Shown piece after piece: positions 11,916 through 27,005 of a stretch of 64,000 nucleotides of DNA. The stretch spans positions 69,628,001 to 69,692,000 of the forward strand of contig NC_045697.1 in NCBI RefSeq assembly GCF_009834535.1, written 5' to 3'. The DNA is from Camelus ferus. Taxonomy: Eukaryota. Made by a program: the position numbers and the translations under genes. The first letter of the stretch is position 1, and each line of letters opens with the position of its first letter. The notes beneath the pieces were generated by a model, which was not told where the DNA came from, made no database searches, and saw only the letters and a list, made by a program, of their open reading frames with translations.

Positions 11916-12559
11916 TAAATTAGATACTCTCTCTCTTTCAATCAACACATATACACATCATTTTTCTTTTTTCAATGTTTGAGATAATTCATATTTACAA
12001 AAAACTTAAGAAGGAAAACATTTATCGAGCACTTATTATATGTCAAGCATTGTGAGAGGGTTAAGGGTTGGGAATAGAGAGAAAATTACGACATAAACTC
12101 TTCCATCACAAGGAAGTTACAGTCCAGTAGGAGAGACAGGTGAAAGATTAAAGGCAATGAAGTCAAGAGCATGGAATCTGTAGTTAGACAGATTTGAACT
12201 CAAGTCCAGCCTTAGCCACCTACTGATTATGTGACCTTGGGCCAGAGAAAGAAAAATGGGATTAGTACTAGTACCGTGTGAGGATTAAAAGTAAACCCAT
12301 AAGTATCTATATTTACTTACATATATTACCATATGCTTAGCATATGTAAGTTCTTAACACATATTACTTAAAATTATTGCTAACTGCAACAACAGCACTT
12401 TGTACCTGGTTTACAGGTAGCACAATGGAAGGCACTGATTAACTAGAGCTGAGGAAGTCAACAAAAATGTAATGGGTGAAGAGATATCTGAGCTGGATCT
12501 TGAAGAAATAGTAATTTCACCAAGAGATCATATAAGGATCAAATATAACCAATTTCCTT

Positions 12560-13800
12560 TGCAGCAAAAACATTTTCTTTTGGTCCAAAGTCTAACCCAT
12601 TTTTAAGTGTTGTATTTAATTGCCATGTCTCTTTAGTCTCCTGATTTGAAATAGTTCTTCAAATCTTTCCCTGTCTTTGGGACATTGGCATTTTGAAGAG
12701 TATAGGTCAATTACATTGTTGATTGTCTTCTGTTTGCGTTTATGTTCTCAATGTTTCCTATTAGGAGGTGCACAAAGTTGATTTGTCCTATTACTGGTGA
12801 TTTTAACTTTTGTAACATAGGTAAGAAAGTGTCTGCAAGGTTTCTCATCTGTGAAATTACTATTTTGCCTTTTTAAGTGATAAACATTTTGTAAGAAGTT
12901 ACACTGAGGCTATGTAAACATCCTGTTCTTTAAAAAACTTTCCCCCAATTGTTTTAGTAACCACTGGTGACTTTTTGTTTTGTTTTGTTTTTTGGGGGGT
13001 GAGAGGTAAATAGGTTTATTTATTTATTTATTTAATGACTGTACTGGAGATTGAACCCAGGACCTCATGCATGCTATGCATACACTTTACCACTAAGCTA
13101 TACTGCCCACCTCCACTGGTTAACTCTTGCCTAAATAAAGTATTACTAAAATGGCTGCTAAATGGTGATTTTCTAACATCATCATTCCTTCTACATTTAT
13201 TAGTTGACATTCTTTTGTAAAGAAGTGCTTACTTCTGTCCCTCATTTGCTTGTGTATGTGTTTTTATCAGCATGGGCTCCTGGATTACTATTAAAAAAAA
13301 TGGGTTATACTCTGATATTATCCTTTAGATTGTCTCCAGTTTGGCCCCTGGGAGCTCCTACAAATTGGCTACTGTGTCCTATTTATAATCTCCATGATTT
13401 TTGAGCTTTACTTTATGTTCTGGTACAATGAGACTTTCCAGATTTATCTTGTACTTTCCCTGCTCTGAGAATGCGCCAGTTCTTCAAGGAGCTCTGACTC
13501 CTTTCAGTGGAGAATGGTATTTAGAAAGCAAGATCTGGAAATTAGGAGTGCTCATTGCCATTAGATCCTCTTAGCTTTACTTATATATGTGTGCGCGCAC
13601 ACACACACACATGCAGAGTCTATGTTATCTATCAATCAATCAAAACCTTCATATTGATACTTCTATTTCTAATATAGTACCACATGATTTGTTTTAGCCT
13701 TCAGCCTTTCCGTATTTCTAACTCCCTCCTCAGGGAGTGAAAAATTTGGCTCACAATGTCCTTAATATAGTTACTTATTTTCTCATTTCTCCTTTATGTT
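12560..13800 (-). mobile_element. L1MC-type 3' region
   Basis: Same motif family as 6160-7280 (gccatgtctctttagtctc, gaatggtatttagaaagcaagatctgg). Confidence 0.7.
12972..13110 (-). mobile_element. tRNA-Ala-derived SINE (Vic-1-like)
   Basis: gattgaacccaggacctcatgcatgcta...cactaagctata; flanking repeat CCACTGGT at 12961 and 13113. Confidence 0.92.
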
Positions 13801-14839
13801 CCATGCCCCTGATCCTTGATTATCTCCTTAGCTTTGGCCTTAGTGGTCCCACAGATCTCCTTTAGCTCTGACTGTTTCATGGGCCCCAACTCCATAGTCT
13901 CTGGTCACCTCTTTGACCCTAGCTCCAGCTCTACAGGTCTTACATTAGTGAAGGATGTTAATAGGGAAAGGCATTATCAGATTTGTCTCTTAGAACAATC
14001 AATTTGATGGTGAGGATTAGATTCAGTGGATTAGAGGCAGTTAAGAGGCTACTGTAATAGTCTAAGCAAAGGCTTAAAGTGGCCTAAACTAAAACTGCAG
14101 CCAAAGAATAGAGAGAACATATAAAACAAATATTTAGAAGATAAAAATCTATAGGACTGAGTGATTAATTTTATGTGGGGACATGGGGAAGAAGAGGGAG
14201 CCTAATTTTTAACTTGGGAGAAAAGAGTAGAAAGGATGTCACTAAACAATATAGGGAATTCAGGAGAAAAAATAGATTTAAAGGGGGTGGCAGAAGTGGG
14301 TAAATAGAGGACAATAGTTTCTTTTTGACCATGTTGAGTGTGAACTGTACATGGACACTTGAAGCAGTGTAGCTAGTTGGACAGATGGCTTTGGGCATGT
14401 GCTCAGATGATGGTTTTGGGTATGTGCTTACACACTTTCTCAAAAGTATTTTTCTCTGTGCAAAAGTCCAGGGAAACAAGGGCTTTCAGGGCGAAAGAAC
14501 TCTTCAAAATGCCAAATTCTCATCTGAGACTCTGAAGTCCATTCTTCTACCTGGAAGTGGGTTGGCTGAACTTTGCCCACCAGAGTTAAAACAGAAACCG
14601 ATGTCCAATGGAGACTTTGAGTTAGAATATCAGAAGGAAGAGAATAAAACAGGGACTATGACTGATGTTATTTTGTAAAAATTTGTTTTGTCATTTTTTT
14701 TATGCTTAAACAAAAGCATAAAAATTGATTATCTTAAGAACAGCCAGAAAGGTAGTCTTAGGAAATTTATCTCACTCAACTTCTTGTCTTGTGGGGATAA
14801 AGGAGACCAAAAAAAGAGAAGCTGATGGCAAGGCTAACT

Positions 14840-15080
14840 AATAATGGTAATAAGTATCACTTGTTGGGCTCTTAAGCACTTCACAAAGTCTATCCAATTT
14901 AATTATGACAAAACTCTATGAGATAGGTGCTCTAATTTGTATTTTTCAGATATGGAAAATGAGGTTAAACAAGTTGCCCATGGAAACATGACTAAGGGAA
15001 GGGGTTTGGAGGCAGAGGTTCTGACTCAGGTGTGCCTATCTTAATGCAACATCTGTGCTCTTAACTGCCCCGCAGCACTG
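14840..15080 (-). mobile_element. MIR
   Basis: ttttcagatatggaaaatgaggttaaacaagttgccca core. Confidence 0.7.
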
Positions 15081-15639
15081 CTTTCCTGAAGCTGATAGGA
15101 AGCAGCAGCCTCCAGAGCAGATGGTCAGCAAGAGTAGGAGAGTTTCCAGCCTCCTCGTGCTTGAGAAGAACCCTGAGGGTCTTTTAAACTAGAGTTTTCA
15201 GAAATTCTTGTTCCTCTATTTAATTAGCTCAGTCCTGGACACAATCCACCAGGGGTCAACAAACTGGAATTCCTCAAGTAGATGGACAAAGATTGCAAGG
15301 GATCTAATCATACTATAAAACACAAGGGAATATTGTAAGGAGTGACAAACTATAAGACAGGACAGTATCAGATATATAAAGAGCTATCATATAGAAAAGG
15401 AATAGGACTTACTGTTTTCCCTAAATCTAAGAGTAATCCATGGCATAGTGCTATGTGAAAACGGAGAATAAAATATTCTATCGATAACTACAAATATGTA
15501 AATATTTAGTATGCACGTGGATAAGGATTGAAGGTAACAAGGACAGATGAAACACTGATGTGTTTAAGTGATGGTATCGTGGCCAACTTGTGCCTTGACT
15601 CTTATTTTAGTATTGTTGTGCAAAAAAGAAGTTTTAACA

Positions 15640-16200
15640 AATAAACACATAAAAGAAGAAATACAAATGCTGTAATCATAGAAAAATGTTCAGCCTTATT
15701 ATAATCTAATAAAAATTACAATTTTCCATTTATCAAAATGAAAAGCATTAAAATAGATAATATCTAGCACTAGTATATCTCAGAAAATAAGATCTCTAAT
15801 ATAGTTCTGACCAGAGTGTAAGTTTGTACACATTTCCTGAAGAAAAATTTGGCAAACTGTATGAAAAATAAACAGTGATAACCCTTTGATGGAGCAATTT
15901 CACTTTTAAGAATACATCCTAAGTAAATAAGGATTTGTGTAAAGTTCGAACAAAAAAGGTATATTCACAGAAGACTTGTTTATAATATACAACAATTAAA
16001 AAAACCCCTAAATATCTATTATTAGTGAATTCGGCTCAGTAAATTATTGATACAGTAGAATATTATGCAAACATTATAATTATGTGGTAAAAGTATATTT
16101 GATGACAATAAAGTAAGTTCACAATATACCTGAAGAAAACAAGTAACTAAATACTCTGCATAGTATGGTCCAATTTTTGTCAAAAAATATTTTATATATG
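15640..16200 (+). mobile_element. Old L1ME-type 3' fragment
   Basis: gaaatacaaatg...aaaatgttcagcctt, ccctttgatggagcaatttcacttttaagaat. Confidence 0.65.
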
Positions 16201-16559
16201 TACCTCTATGGCGCCTTTCAACTCCAACATTTCATGATCAATACAATTCTCCCCTATTTATCCCTTAAACAATCAACTGGGATAATACAAAAAATTATTG
16301 TTCGTATTGAATATCTAGCAGTTGCGTTACCATCACTACAGCTGTACACTGTGAATGGAGAGAGGTGTGGGTAAAAAAAAAACGGGCACAAAGGCGAGAG
16401 GGCGGACACAAATCCCAGCCCACCTCTTGACAGTTCCCTGGCTTCCTTTTTTGTGAATGAGCAGTGGTCCTTAGGCCTCAGGGTAGATACTATCAGAGAG
16501 AAATAGAACTTTCAAAAGGGAATTACTTTGCTTTTCGAAGGAAATTCCGGGTGGACCAA

Positions 16560-17720
<1,161 letters not shown>

Positions 17721-18965
17721 GGGAGGAAGAATGTTAGCTTCAGCCCCACCTCTGTCTCTAGGTTTTATTGCTGCGCTTTGACACTTAAGCAACTTTGGGG
17801 TTGGAGATGGAAAGGGGTTTGTGTAATTCATTCTTTTCCTTTGGCATCCAGAATTGTTAATTTGCAGAACTGTAAGTTAATGGTGTGAGTCACCTCTTCT
17901 GATTTACTGAATTTCCGACCTATTGAAAAAGACAGTTCTGTTAAGGGTTATGCTTTAAGGCCATAGTGTAATTTAGTAAGTTTTGTGTGGTGGAGCAAAG
18001 CCAGCATTCAATGGGGTCCGGACTGAAACGTGTGCTCTTGTTTATGTTTACTGAAGAGTGCTAGTGTTCCGCTTGCGTTTCCACGCTGAGAATATTGGCC
18101 CGGCGGCAGTGGTTTGGCTTTCAGTTACAGTCCAGGCTTGTTGAAGAGACACATGAATATTCAACTGCTAAATTGGTAGTGTCCTGCGGGGAGGAGAGCT
18201 GGAACAGAGAATCGGAAGGCCTGGTCGGGACCCTGACCTTGCCAGTTACTGGGAGGTCTCGAACTAGTCAAGTTACTTAATCTTTCTGAGCTCCAGTCCC
18301 ACCACTGTATAGAGGGGAAGATGATACTTCTACTTACATATTTCGTAAGATTGTCCTGAGGCCCAAATTAGCCAATGAATGTGAAATGCTGGTTAAACAA
18401 GGCATTTTTTTTGAAGGCCAACCATATAGTGTAGCACTGTTTCATAAAAACAATAAAAAATATAAATATTTCAAATATAAAACGTGTACTCATAGAGATA
18501 TATGTAAAATTACATATAAGTAAAATCCTTAAGGTCCAACACTTGTAGATAAGCCATTGTAAGAGATCATAGCTACGTTATACAGGTCTTGTTTTCAGAT
18601 AGGATGTGATCCTTGACCTTGTTAGTATCATTTGGAAAAAGTTGCACATGAAGAAGTGTTGTTAGTTCTAAGAATAGCATTGGAACTACTCAACATGCTA
18701 AACCTGGCCTGAGTCCTTTTGTTTCTTTAAAATAATTTTCAAATTCTTATTTGTTCAGGCCTATGTGGGACCTGGACTTTAAAAAACTCACTAGTTTGCT
18801 TTTGGAAATTGTGTACCATTTGAGAGAATAATGTGGTTTATATTTTACTTTGTCTTTAAAATTAGTTGGCATTTGTAATGCTGAAAGAGTTAATATGTAC
18901 ACTTATCTGTTGAGATTTATAAGAGATGATCTGAAATCATTCATTAAGGATAGGTGAAATTCTCT

Positions 18966-19423
18966 TTTTTTTAAATTGATGTATAGTTGATTTACAATGT
19001 TGTGTTAGTTTCAGGTGCACAGCAAAGTGATTCAGTTATACATACATATATATAAATAAATATATTCTTTTCAGATTTGTTCCATTATAGGTTATTATAA
19101 GATATTAACTATAGTTCCTTGTGCTATACAGTAGGACCTTGTTGATTATCTATTTTATATATAATAGTGTGTATATGTTAATCCCAAACTCCTAATTTAT
19201 CCCTCCCTCCCCCTTTGATAACCATAAGTTTGTTTTCTATGTGTGTTTTGTAAATAAGTTTATTTGTATCATTTTTTTAGATTTCATATATAAGTGATAT
19301 CATATGATATTTGTCTTTCTGTCTGATTTACTTCACTTAATATAATAATCTCCAGGTCCATCCATGTTGCTGCAAATGGCATTATTTTATTCCTTTTTAT
19401 GGCTGAGTAATATTCCATAATGT

Positions 19424-19470
<47 letters not shown>

Positions 19471-19698
19471 CACATACATATACATACCATAATTTTATCC
19501 AGTTACCTGTTGATGGACATTGAGTTTGCTTCTATGTCTTAGCTATTGTAAATAGTGCTGCTATGAACATTGGGGTACATATGCCTTTTCAAATTAGTTT
19601 TCTCTGGATATATGCCCAGAGCATTGATTGCTGGATCATATGGTAATGTTATTTCTAGTTTTTTAAGTACCCTTCATACTGTTCTACATAGTGCCTGC
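18966..19698 (-). mobile_element. 5'-truncated L1 3' end with a (TG)n microsatellite at ~19421-19467
   Basis: MEYYSAIKRNKIMPFAATWMDLEIIILSEVNQ translation; 20-bp TSD AAGGATAGGT...ATTCTCT at 18946-18965 and 19699-19718. Confidence 0.93.
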
Positions 19699-20519
19699 AA
19701 GGATAGGTAGTATTCTCTTAGGCATAGTATTATTCAGTAGAAAGAACATTGGCTCATTGGGGTTTGTGAAAAAATGCCAACGTATTTGTGATGATATGCA
19801 GGGTTGATTCAGTACGGTGGGATGGGAGGTATTTCATGTTGGATTTTGCAGGTATATTTCTGGTACCATTGCTGTACCTGTGGTCAAACATATCCTGCTG
19901 ACCGGCTCTTGAAGCTGTGTCTCTTCATTCCTATTACTACCTCCTGTAGTGGATTTTTAAAATTTCTCACCAAGTTAGGTGTAGTGGTCTTTTAATTCAT
20001 TTCCCTACTGTAGTTCTCCACCTTGTGAATAAACACCCACAAAAACCAAAGGAACAAAACCTTTTCTACAGAAGTTATTTTTCTCCTAGCAGAGCACAGT
20101 CTGTGCTTATTCCCCACCCATAACAAATGGAGTTACCATTGCTTACAGGATTCTAGCACTGTAGTCAGGGCACCTTTTTTGAGTCCAGCTTTATCTTCTT
20201 GCTCTAACTAGAGGCTGTATTTATACTCTTTCCTTCACCCCAAATGCCACCTGTCTTCTGAAATCACACTTACTCTTTCAGTCCCAACTTGAGACTGATC
20301 AATCGCTAACTTTTCTAAGCCAATTTTCACATTTGTGATGAAACTAGGACTTTTTTTTTTTGAAACTAGGACTTCTTGCCGCTTCTCGGATCTTCTTCGG
20401 TAGCAGTGGTCTGTCTTTTCTCTTCTCCTTGCTCCTCTGGTCCCCAGCCTGGCTGTCTGGCCAGCTTGTCTTTGGAAACAAACTGAGAACAAAACTATGA
20501 GAGGCCATAACAAAAGTAA

Positions 20520-20935
20520 GCCTTTCCCAGTTACCCTGTCATCACCTTGTTTACTTCCTTTATAACATTTTATACAATCTGTAATTATCTCATTTTTATT
20601 CTTGTTTATCTGTCTTTTAATCAGAAGGTGAGGATCATGAATAAGCTATCTTGTTCATTGCCCTATCATCATTTCTCAGCACAATGCTCTGTATGTAGTA
20701 GGTGGTCGATAAACATTTGAATCAATGTATCAAAAGGAGGAATAGAGGGGTAGACTGCTGCATTTGAATCCCAACTCCATCACTTACTAGCTGTGTGACT
20801 TTGGGCAAATAACATGTTTTTTGTTACAGCCTTTTAAAATGGTGCTGTGAATAGTACCAATGCCAAGGTTTTGGTGAAGACTAAATATTAAGTGTAAAAC
20901 ACTTAGCACAGCAATAAATTTAGTCAGTGTTAGCT
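20520..20935 (+). mobile_element. L2 3' end followed by MIR
   Basis: gtagtaggtggtcgataaacatttgaatcaatg, then tttgaatcccaactccatcacttactagctgtgtgactttgggcaa. Confidence 0.7.
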
Positions 20936-23711
20936 TTTTAAATTGTTACATTGTGTTTTATGCTTAAGAAGTTAGAAATATTTTTATTTAAGATGCTTAA
21001 GAAAAATATTGGTCCTTTAAATGAGTAAAACCCATTCCACTTGAAATTGAGCTTTTCAGGAGTTCCTGACACTTGATGGTGTTTCTTTATAGTTGTGTCC
21101 AACTTACTTAATGGTAGTTCACTTCACTAGTTTTAGTAGTAGTTTAGTAATTTATTCCTAGTCCCTAGGAGTTTGTTAGAGTTTTTGGAGGATGGAGGCT
21201 GTGCTGTACTCATTTGTATTTCTTTAAGTGCCTTGTACACAGTAGGCACTCAGTTCCTTAAAGGAAAGTAAAAAGGGGAAAAAGGTCAATAGGCCTGAGA
21301 ATGAAAAGCAAAGAGCATTTCAGCCCTTAGTGAACACCCCAGGGCAGATACTATCTTGTCTTCAGTTAAAGGATCCTACTGAGAAGGACCTGAGTGATTC
21401 GCAACCCTTTAAAAGGCACGAGAACTTAAAAGGTAGTATAGCGTAACTGAGTTTGGAGTCTGACCTGGGCGTAAAATTTTTGCTACCACGTTCTTGGGTA
21501 AGTCATCTTCAATTTTGTAAGAAAGGGCTAATGGTGCACCCTCTTCATGGACTTGAGGCGAAGGTAAATAAGTGCCTTACACAGTGTTCAGTAAATAGTT
21601 GTATTATGCATATAGCCTTATGTCTAGTACTGTTACAGTAGTAAGGAAAGTTTAAAAATGTCTAAGGAGAAGCGTCGTTTGTTTATGAACATTTGGAACA
21701 AATTCTTGGCAACAGGTTCTTTCAAAGAAGCAGTGGCAGTGTAAGATGACTGACTGGGTCTTCAGGGAGAAAGTGAGCGGGTGGGCATCTGGTAGGTTGG
21801 AGCTGTAAGTGAGGAATGAATTGTCCTTCTAGTGCGTAGCATCTGTGAAATGCAGCCCTGCCCTCTAAAACTCTTTCTCCTTTAGTAACAAACTTCCTGA
21901 CAATGCAGAGTGTTTCTGGAACTCTTCTTCATAATCAATGGAGGTATTACCATACTATACTTTTTGTTTCTAGGGACTTTCTTTAAATTCCTCACATTAC
22001 CTCATGCTACCCCTGGATATTGCTGTTAGGTGTTTGGGTACAGCTGTCTTAGCTTTTTGTTTATAAAAACAAAAAGATAGGATGAAGGTCTAGAGAGGTT
22101 GTGATTTTTTTTGTTAAAAAATTTTTTATTTATTGTTGAAAAATTAGAAAATACAGGTAAAAAGTTACCCAGTGATAATTTCTGTGAGTTTTTTGATGGA
22201 TAGTCTTACGAATATATTGATATATTCTTACATACATTTATGTGCATTTACTTGTATGTGTTTTTATCAAAATGGCATGATAATATACATAATCTTAGGG
22301 ATTTTGCCCACTTTTATGTCTTAACCAAAATATTGACAATGTCTGTTACAGCTACATTTGTATTATCCTTCGTAATAGCTGAATAATATACTATGTGAGA
22401 GATGTACTGTCCTTTATTTACTCCTGTGTAGTTGAATTTAGTTTTTTTTTCTGTTTTTTAGCTGCCGTTTAACTGCTCTTCAAAAAATGTTCTTGTAAAA
22501 TTTAAATCATTTTGATTTACTTGGGAGTATAGAATAATGGTTGGACTGTTACATGAACACAGAATTGAACCATCCCAAGCTGCTAATAGTTCTCACAGTG
22601 TAGTCAATATGTTGTTGTTAGAGGACCTTCTGGTGATAAAGAGAGATGTCTTTTTATTGACATGCTTGTATTATAAATGCCTATGTTGGGGTTTTGTCAT
22701 GAATTATGTGTTCCAGTAGAACTTATACAAAGCAAGCATCATTTGGTTGGTAGGTAGATAATCAAAAATTGAAACAAGTCTTTAGGTCTGAATTACTTTT
22801 TTAGAGATTGAAGGGCTATTACAAATAGATGTGGTTTTACACTGTTCATATAGTTTGTGGTAAAAGTTTTAGTCATTTTTTTATTTGGAGGAGGGTAAGT
22901 CTTCTTCGGGTTTGACATGCTTGCAAAATTAGTAAATTTTAATTTGGTAGGAGTGACAGACACATAAGCCCATTGCTAAGCACATACTTAGCTCTACATG
23001 TCAGGAGGGAGAAGCAGTGGCATGGTAGCTCCCTCCTTATTAATGAGGAATTGTCTTTGGTATTAATAGCAAACCCATTTAGTAGATGTAATGTAGGCAG
23101 GAATACTCTATACAGCAACAACCATTGGGATTCTCTCCATTTTAAAGTTTTAATGTAGCCAGATATAAATATAATTATCCTTTCTGCTTGATCTTGAACT
23201 TCTTTTGACCTCACAGGTTTAACATGAAGCATTTGTGTATTCGTGCTTGGGCAGGTAGTGCTGGGCTCAACAATTATAAATCTTCTTATTTTGATTCCTT
23301 TGATTAGTATCAGTCTTGGATCTGCCTTTGAATAAAGAACAATTCAACGCACCCTTTAAGCTAGGTCTGCCTTTCATGTGTGTATTCAGCAGCTATAGTT
23401 GAACCTGGGAGGGGGACCTTCTGAAATTTCTCTTCAATTATTCATTGGAAATGAGTTTTCATTTTGTGCACTGTTCACAATAGCAAAGTTGTGGAAACAA
23501 TCTAAATATCCATGGATGGATGAATGGTTCAACAAAATGTGGATCTAAAGGAACATGATGTAGTAAATGCCTCCGTACTACCACCTAAATTATTAAGAAG
23601 AACATTATTAGTAAAACAAGTAAAAAATCAGAAGGTACTCTCTATTCTGAATTTTGTGTTTATCATTCATTTGCTTTTTCATATGTTTGATTCCTTAGTT
23701 TTGATATTTTT

Positions 23712-23813
23712 CCTTTTTCCTTCTTTTTTTTTTTTAATGAAGGTACTGGAAATTGAACCCAGGACCTTGTGCATGCTAAGCATATCCTCTACCACTGAGC
23801 TATACCCTCCCCC
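23712..23813 (-). mobile_element. Short tRNA-Ala-derived SINE (tRNA head plus A tail only) within an old L1 (~23560-24270)
   Basis: aattgaacccaggaccttgtgcatgctaagc...accactgagctataccctcccc; TSD TGAT(A/G)TTTTT. Confidence 0.92.
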
Positions 23814-24469
23814 TGATGTTTTTGAAATTTTAATAAATGAAATCACTGCAAGTATTCTCCTGCAACTTGCTTTCTTTGTTTAACATTATGTTCTTGAGAT
23901 TCATCTATGTTGCATGTTGCTCCAGTTCATTTTCATTGCTGTATGGTGTTCTGATGAATTAATGCATGTTTATTCATCCATTTGTTGATGAAAATTTTGG
24001 TTGTTCCAAGGTTTTGCTATTATAAACAGTGCTACTCTAAACATTCTTGTACCTAACCCTTGGCACCTGTTGTGAGTTTCTCTTGGGTATACACCTAGGA
24101 GAAAAATTCTTGGGTCATAGGATATATATGTGTTCAGCTCTGTTTTGATGGTGCCATATTTTTTTCAATTTGTGCTTTTATACTCCCATCATGAGAAACT
24201 TTATGTTGTTCCATATCCTAACTAAAACTTGATATTAATAGACATTTTGATTTTTGCCGATCTGGTCTGATGTGTTACTTATGAATAACAACATTCATTG
24301 GACTATTTTCATATCTGTAAACCTGCAGAAATTTAACTGTTCTCAAGGGACTTATGGTTACTTGTATGGACAGGAAGTACTTTAAAAAAACATTTAAATG
24401 ACAAGGAGGTGCTAAGTGAAAGTTATAGAGGAGGAATTTTTTTCCACTTAATTATTTTAGAACTTTACT

Positions 24470-25790
24470 GAGTTTCCCTAGCTTTTTATTGTGGAAATTT
24501 TCAAATCTATAGAAAAATTTAAAAAATCTTGTAACTGCTGTATACCCAACACTTACATTAATATTAATATTTTGCTAAATGCTTTATTTATGTGTGCTTG
24601 TGTGTATTGCATTTGTATAAATATATTTGTTGAAACATTTGAGAATAAGTCACAGATGACATGACACCACACCTGTTAATATTCAGCATGCATCTTCTAA
24701 CCACAGGGACATTTTTAACTACAATACCATGATTACATGTAAGAATATTGACAAGAATTCCCTAATATCATCTAATAGTCAGTCCTATTCAGATTTCTCG
24801 GTTACTTCCTGAGCACTGTTTTTCTTTCCAGAGGTTGGAAGACTGATTAAAAAAAAATTTTTTTTTTTTATTGAAGTATAGTCAGTTTACAGTGTTGTGT
24901 CAGTTTCTGGTCTACAGCCTAATGGTTCAAGCATACATATACAAATATATATTTGTTTTCACATTCTTTTTCATTGTAGATTACTACAAGGTATTGAATA
25001 TAGTTCCCTGTGCCTGAGCATCTTCAATAGTTAAGTTTTTTTATTTTTTAAAGTCAGGATCCTATCAAAGCTCACACATAGCATTTGATTTGTTATGTTT
25101 CTTAGTCTCTTTTAATTTGGAACAGTTCTTTCATCTTTATTGTCATGATGCTGACTTTTTGAAGAGACTAGTCAATTGTCTTGTAGAATATCCACGTTGT
25201 TCTTGATTATCTGATTGTTTCCTCATAGTGTCTTTAAGTTGTTCTTTTATCACCTGTCTGTTCTGTAAGCCAGAATCAGGCCCAAAGGCCTAACTAGGTT
25301 CTGTCAAGATTCACTTGACAAGACTCATAGATGATGCTGTGTACTTCGTATTAAATCACATCAGGAGGCATAGAATGCCTGGTTGTCCCGCTCCTAGATT
25401 TGAACACTTGGTTAAAGAGGTTGCTACCAGCTCACTATTGTAAACATACATTTTTCACTTTGCAGTTACTGCCACGTCATCTGTAGGGTGATGCTCTGGC
25501 ACTCTGAGAATATGCATTTCTTCAGCAGTCTTTCTCCTCGTGGTTTAAGCATACACAATACCACCTTTGAAATGGCTTCTGTATCCTTTTGACCCTCCTC
25601 CATTAGTCTTTTCTAGATTCTCGGCCCAAGACAAATCAGATTTACCTTGTCATTTCCTTATCCCAGATCTGGAATCCATCCTGTCTCCAAAGGAGCCCGT
25701 GTTTCTGGGAGGAATGTCTTTAGAAATCGAGCTCTGCGTGTGCAGTATGCTCCATGCCACTGGACTGTCCTTGCCTCTGGGAGAGGAGAA
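24470..25790 (-). mobile_element. L1MC-type 3' region with a nested young L1 3' tip (24857-25012)
   Basis: L1MC motifs; nested tttattgaagtatagtcagtttacagtgttgtgtcagtttctgg. Confidence 0.75.
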
Positions 25791-26369
25791 ACTTTGCTGA
25801 TGGCTCTGTGGAGGACACAGAGAAAACCTCCTAAGGGCAGTTGTTCAAAGCAGCATGGTAAATAGTTGAAAAGTTGTGTAGGTAAGGACAGGTCCTGCGA
25901 GGTCTCCTGAAGGAGGCAAGTGAAGAACCGGATTTGGATAAATTGAAAAAAAAAAAAAAAAAAGGTGTGTATTAGGTTGAATGAAGGGAAGGACATTCTC
26001 TCCAGGGGAAGGATGTGTTTATAGAAATGGAAGCAAGCTGAGGCACGTGTGTAACAGCAAGTAGACTAGCTTTACGGTGGTTAAAAGTGTGAGTGCAGAA
26101 ATATAATGAAATAAAATGATTGTTAGTAGGGAGAGAGATCTTGCCGTTCCATTGAGTGTGTTTTTTCAAAATGTAAATATCTCCATTTGTTTTTCATTAT
26201 AAAAAGCAGTATATACTCTTTGCATAAATTTAAAACAGACGTGTATAAAATGAAAACTGTTATGATGATATCCTAAGAGAATGTTAACAGTTTATTATCT
26301 TTTCCGATTTTTATGTATGTATTGCATAAAGGTTAAGAGCATGGATACTGTCTCGAAAGGGCCTGCATT

Positions 26370-26586
26370 TATTTTTTAAATTTTTTCTGTTTTTTGTTTT
26401 TTTTTTACTTTAAATACAATTTTTTAAGGTTACTTTCCACTTAACAGTTATTACAAAATACTGGCTATATTCCCTGTATTTTACAGTACATCCTTGAGCC
26501 AGTCGTACACCCAGTTGTTTGTACCTCCCGCTCCTCCACCCCTGTATGGCCTCCTCCCCTTCCCCACTGGTAACCACCAATTTGTT
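26370..26586 (-). mobile_element. L1 3' end inserted in a MIR
   Basis: T-rich tail, gttattacaaaatactggctatattccc...ccccactggtaaccac; TSD TC(G/A)AAAGGGCCT at 26353 and 26587; MIR halves on both sides. Confidence 0.8.
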
Positions 26587-27005
26587 TCAAAAGGGCCTTC
26601 GCTTAAAACTTGTCTTTGCTGCTAATTAGCTGTGGGTTTTTTTTACATGTTAATTAATCTCTCTGTGCTTCAGTTTTCTCAACTGTAAAATGGGAAGTAA
26701 TAGTACCTACCTCTTAAAGAGTTGTGAGGGTTAACAGCATTAATACATAGGGAGTGCCTAAATTAGTGCCTTGGTATGTGGTACACTTTGAATTACTAGC
26801 TGTTTTTATCTTTTCAAAACAGAAATGGGATCATTGCTCTGTATTATATACAGCTATACAGTTTTGTAACTTATTTCTTAAAAAATGAATTTCTTCTTTC
26901 TTATTATGGTAAAAAACACAGAGACATTACCGTCTTAAACATTTTTAAGGGTACAGTTCAGTAGTGTTTATTATATTTACATTGTTGTAGGACATATCTC
27001 CAGAA

